The translations under genes and the position numbers were made by a program. From UHGV virus genome UHGV-1440165: 64,000 bases of DNA; one strand, 5' to 3'. The notes under the pieces were generated by a model that saw nothing but the letters and a program-made list of their open reading frames with translations, did no database searches and had not been told where the DNA came from. The stretch is from a virus. Below, piece after piece: positions 63,729-64,000 of this stretch (position 1 is the first letter of the stretch; each line of letters opens with the position of its first letter).

Positions 63729-63980
63729 TTAGCTCCTCGAACTTTCCAGGAATACAGTAAACCCAGCAGGATGGAAATGCTGACGGAAGACACGCTCAAA
63801 CACGCCTTCAAAATCAGATACTTCGCCAGGAACTCTTATCACGTATGTGAATTCATCATAGTAATAGTCATCGCGCATACCAGTTGCGCCATCACATTCA
63901 AAGTTGTCATCAAGTCCACCGATAACTTCCTTCGGGTAATACACGTTCACTGGGCAACCAAAGTAAATCCAGAAGAACAA
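63729..63980 (-). CDS. Hypothetical protein, possibly N-terminally incomplete at window edge
   Basis: 83 aa ORF ending 2 nt before the fibre gene start; true start may lie beyond 64000. Confidence 0.3.
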   Translation of the reverse strand: MFFWIYFGCPVNVYYPKEVIGGLDDNFECDGATGMRDDYYYDEFTYVIRVPGEVSDFEGVFERVFRQHFHPAGFTVFLESSRS

Positions 63981-64000
63981 CTCTATCGCTTTCTTTGTCC

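Noticed and set aside
1-64000. Integrated prophage or temperate element
   Set aside because: No integrase, repressor, attachment-site repeats or host-type genes; gene content is that of a virulent phage replication and structural core.

Overview
The window reads as a contiguous piece of a large virulent T4-like myovirus genome. Almost all genes are on the minus strand. Roughly 1-35 kb is an early/DNA-metabolism region: SbcC/SbcD-like nuclease pair, gp55-like late sigma factor, RNase H, XPD-like helicase, HU-like protein, many small ORFs with sigma70-type promoters and hairpin terminators, an ACP-like protein lacking the carrier serine, a vWA protein, a Prs-like/NAMPT-like gene pair, RegA, clamp loader gp44/gp62, sliding clamp gp45, UvsW and a UvsY-like protein. 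Roughly 36-64 kb is the late structural module: major capsid, scaffold, prohead protease, portal, tail tube, tail sheath, large terminase interrupted by a mini-intein, neck-type proteins, a 1607-aa structural protein, two beta-helix tailspikes and a repeat-containing fibre. The two pectate-lyase-type tailspikes suggest an Ackermannviridae-like relative, but that is inference. Three freestanding homing-endonuclease-like genes and a few plus-strand genes are interspersed, and a CTAAATA-type motif recurs upstream of late genes. The strongest candidate for a notable system is the translationally coupled Prs-like + NAMPT-like pair (possible NAD+ reconstitution/anti-defence module), followed by the ACP-like serine-less protein and the terminase intein. 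All calls come from reading the sequence and ORF translations; no database search was run, and coordinates of short motifs may be off by 1-2 nt. The supplied ORF track evidently allows GTG/TTG starts, so several starts were moved to internal ATGs with a ribosome-binding site.
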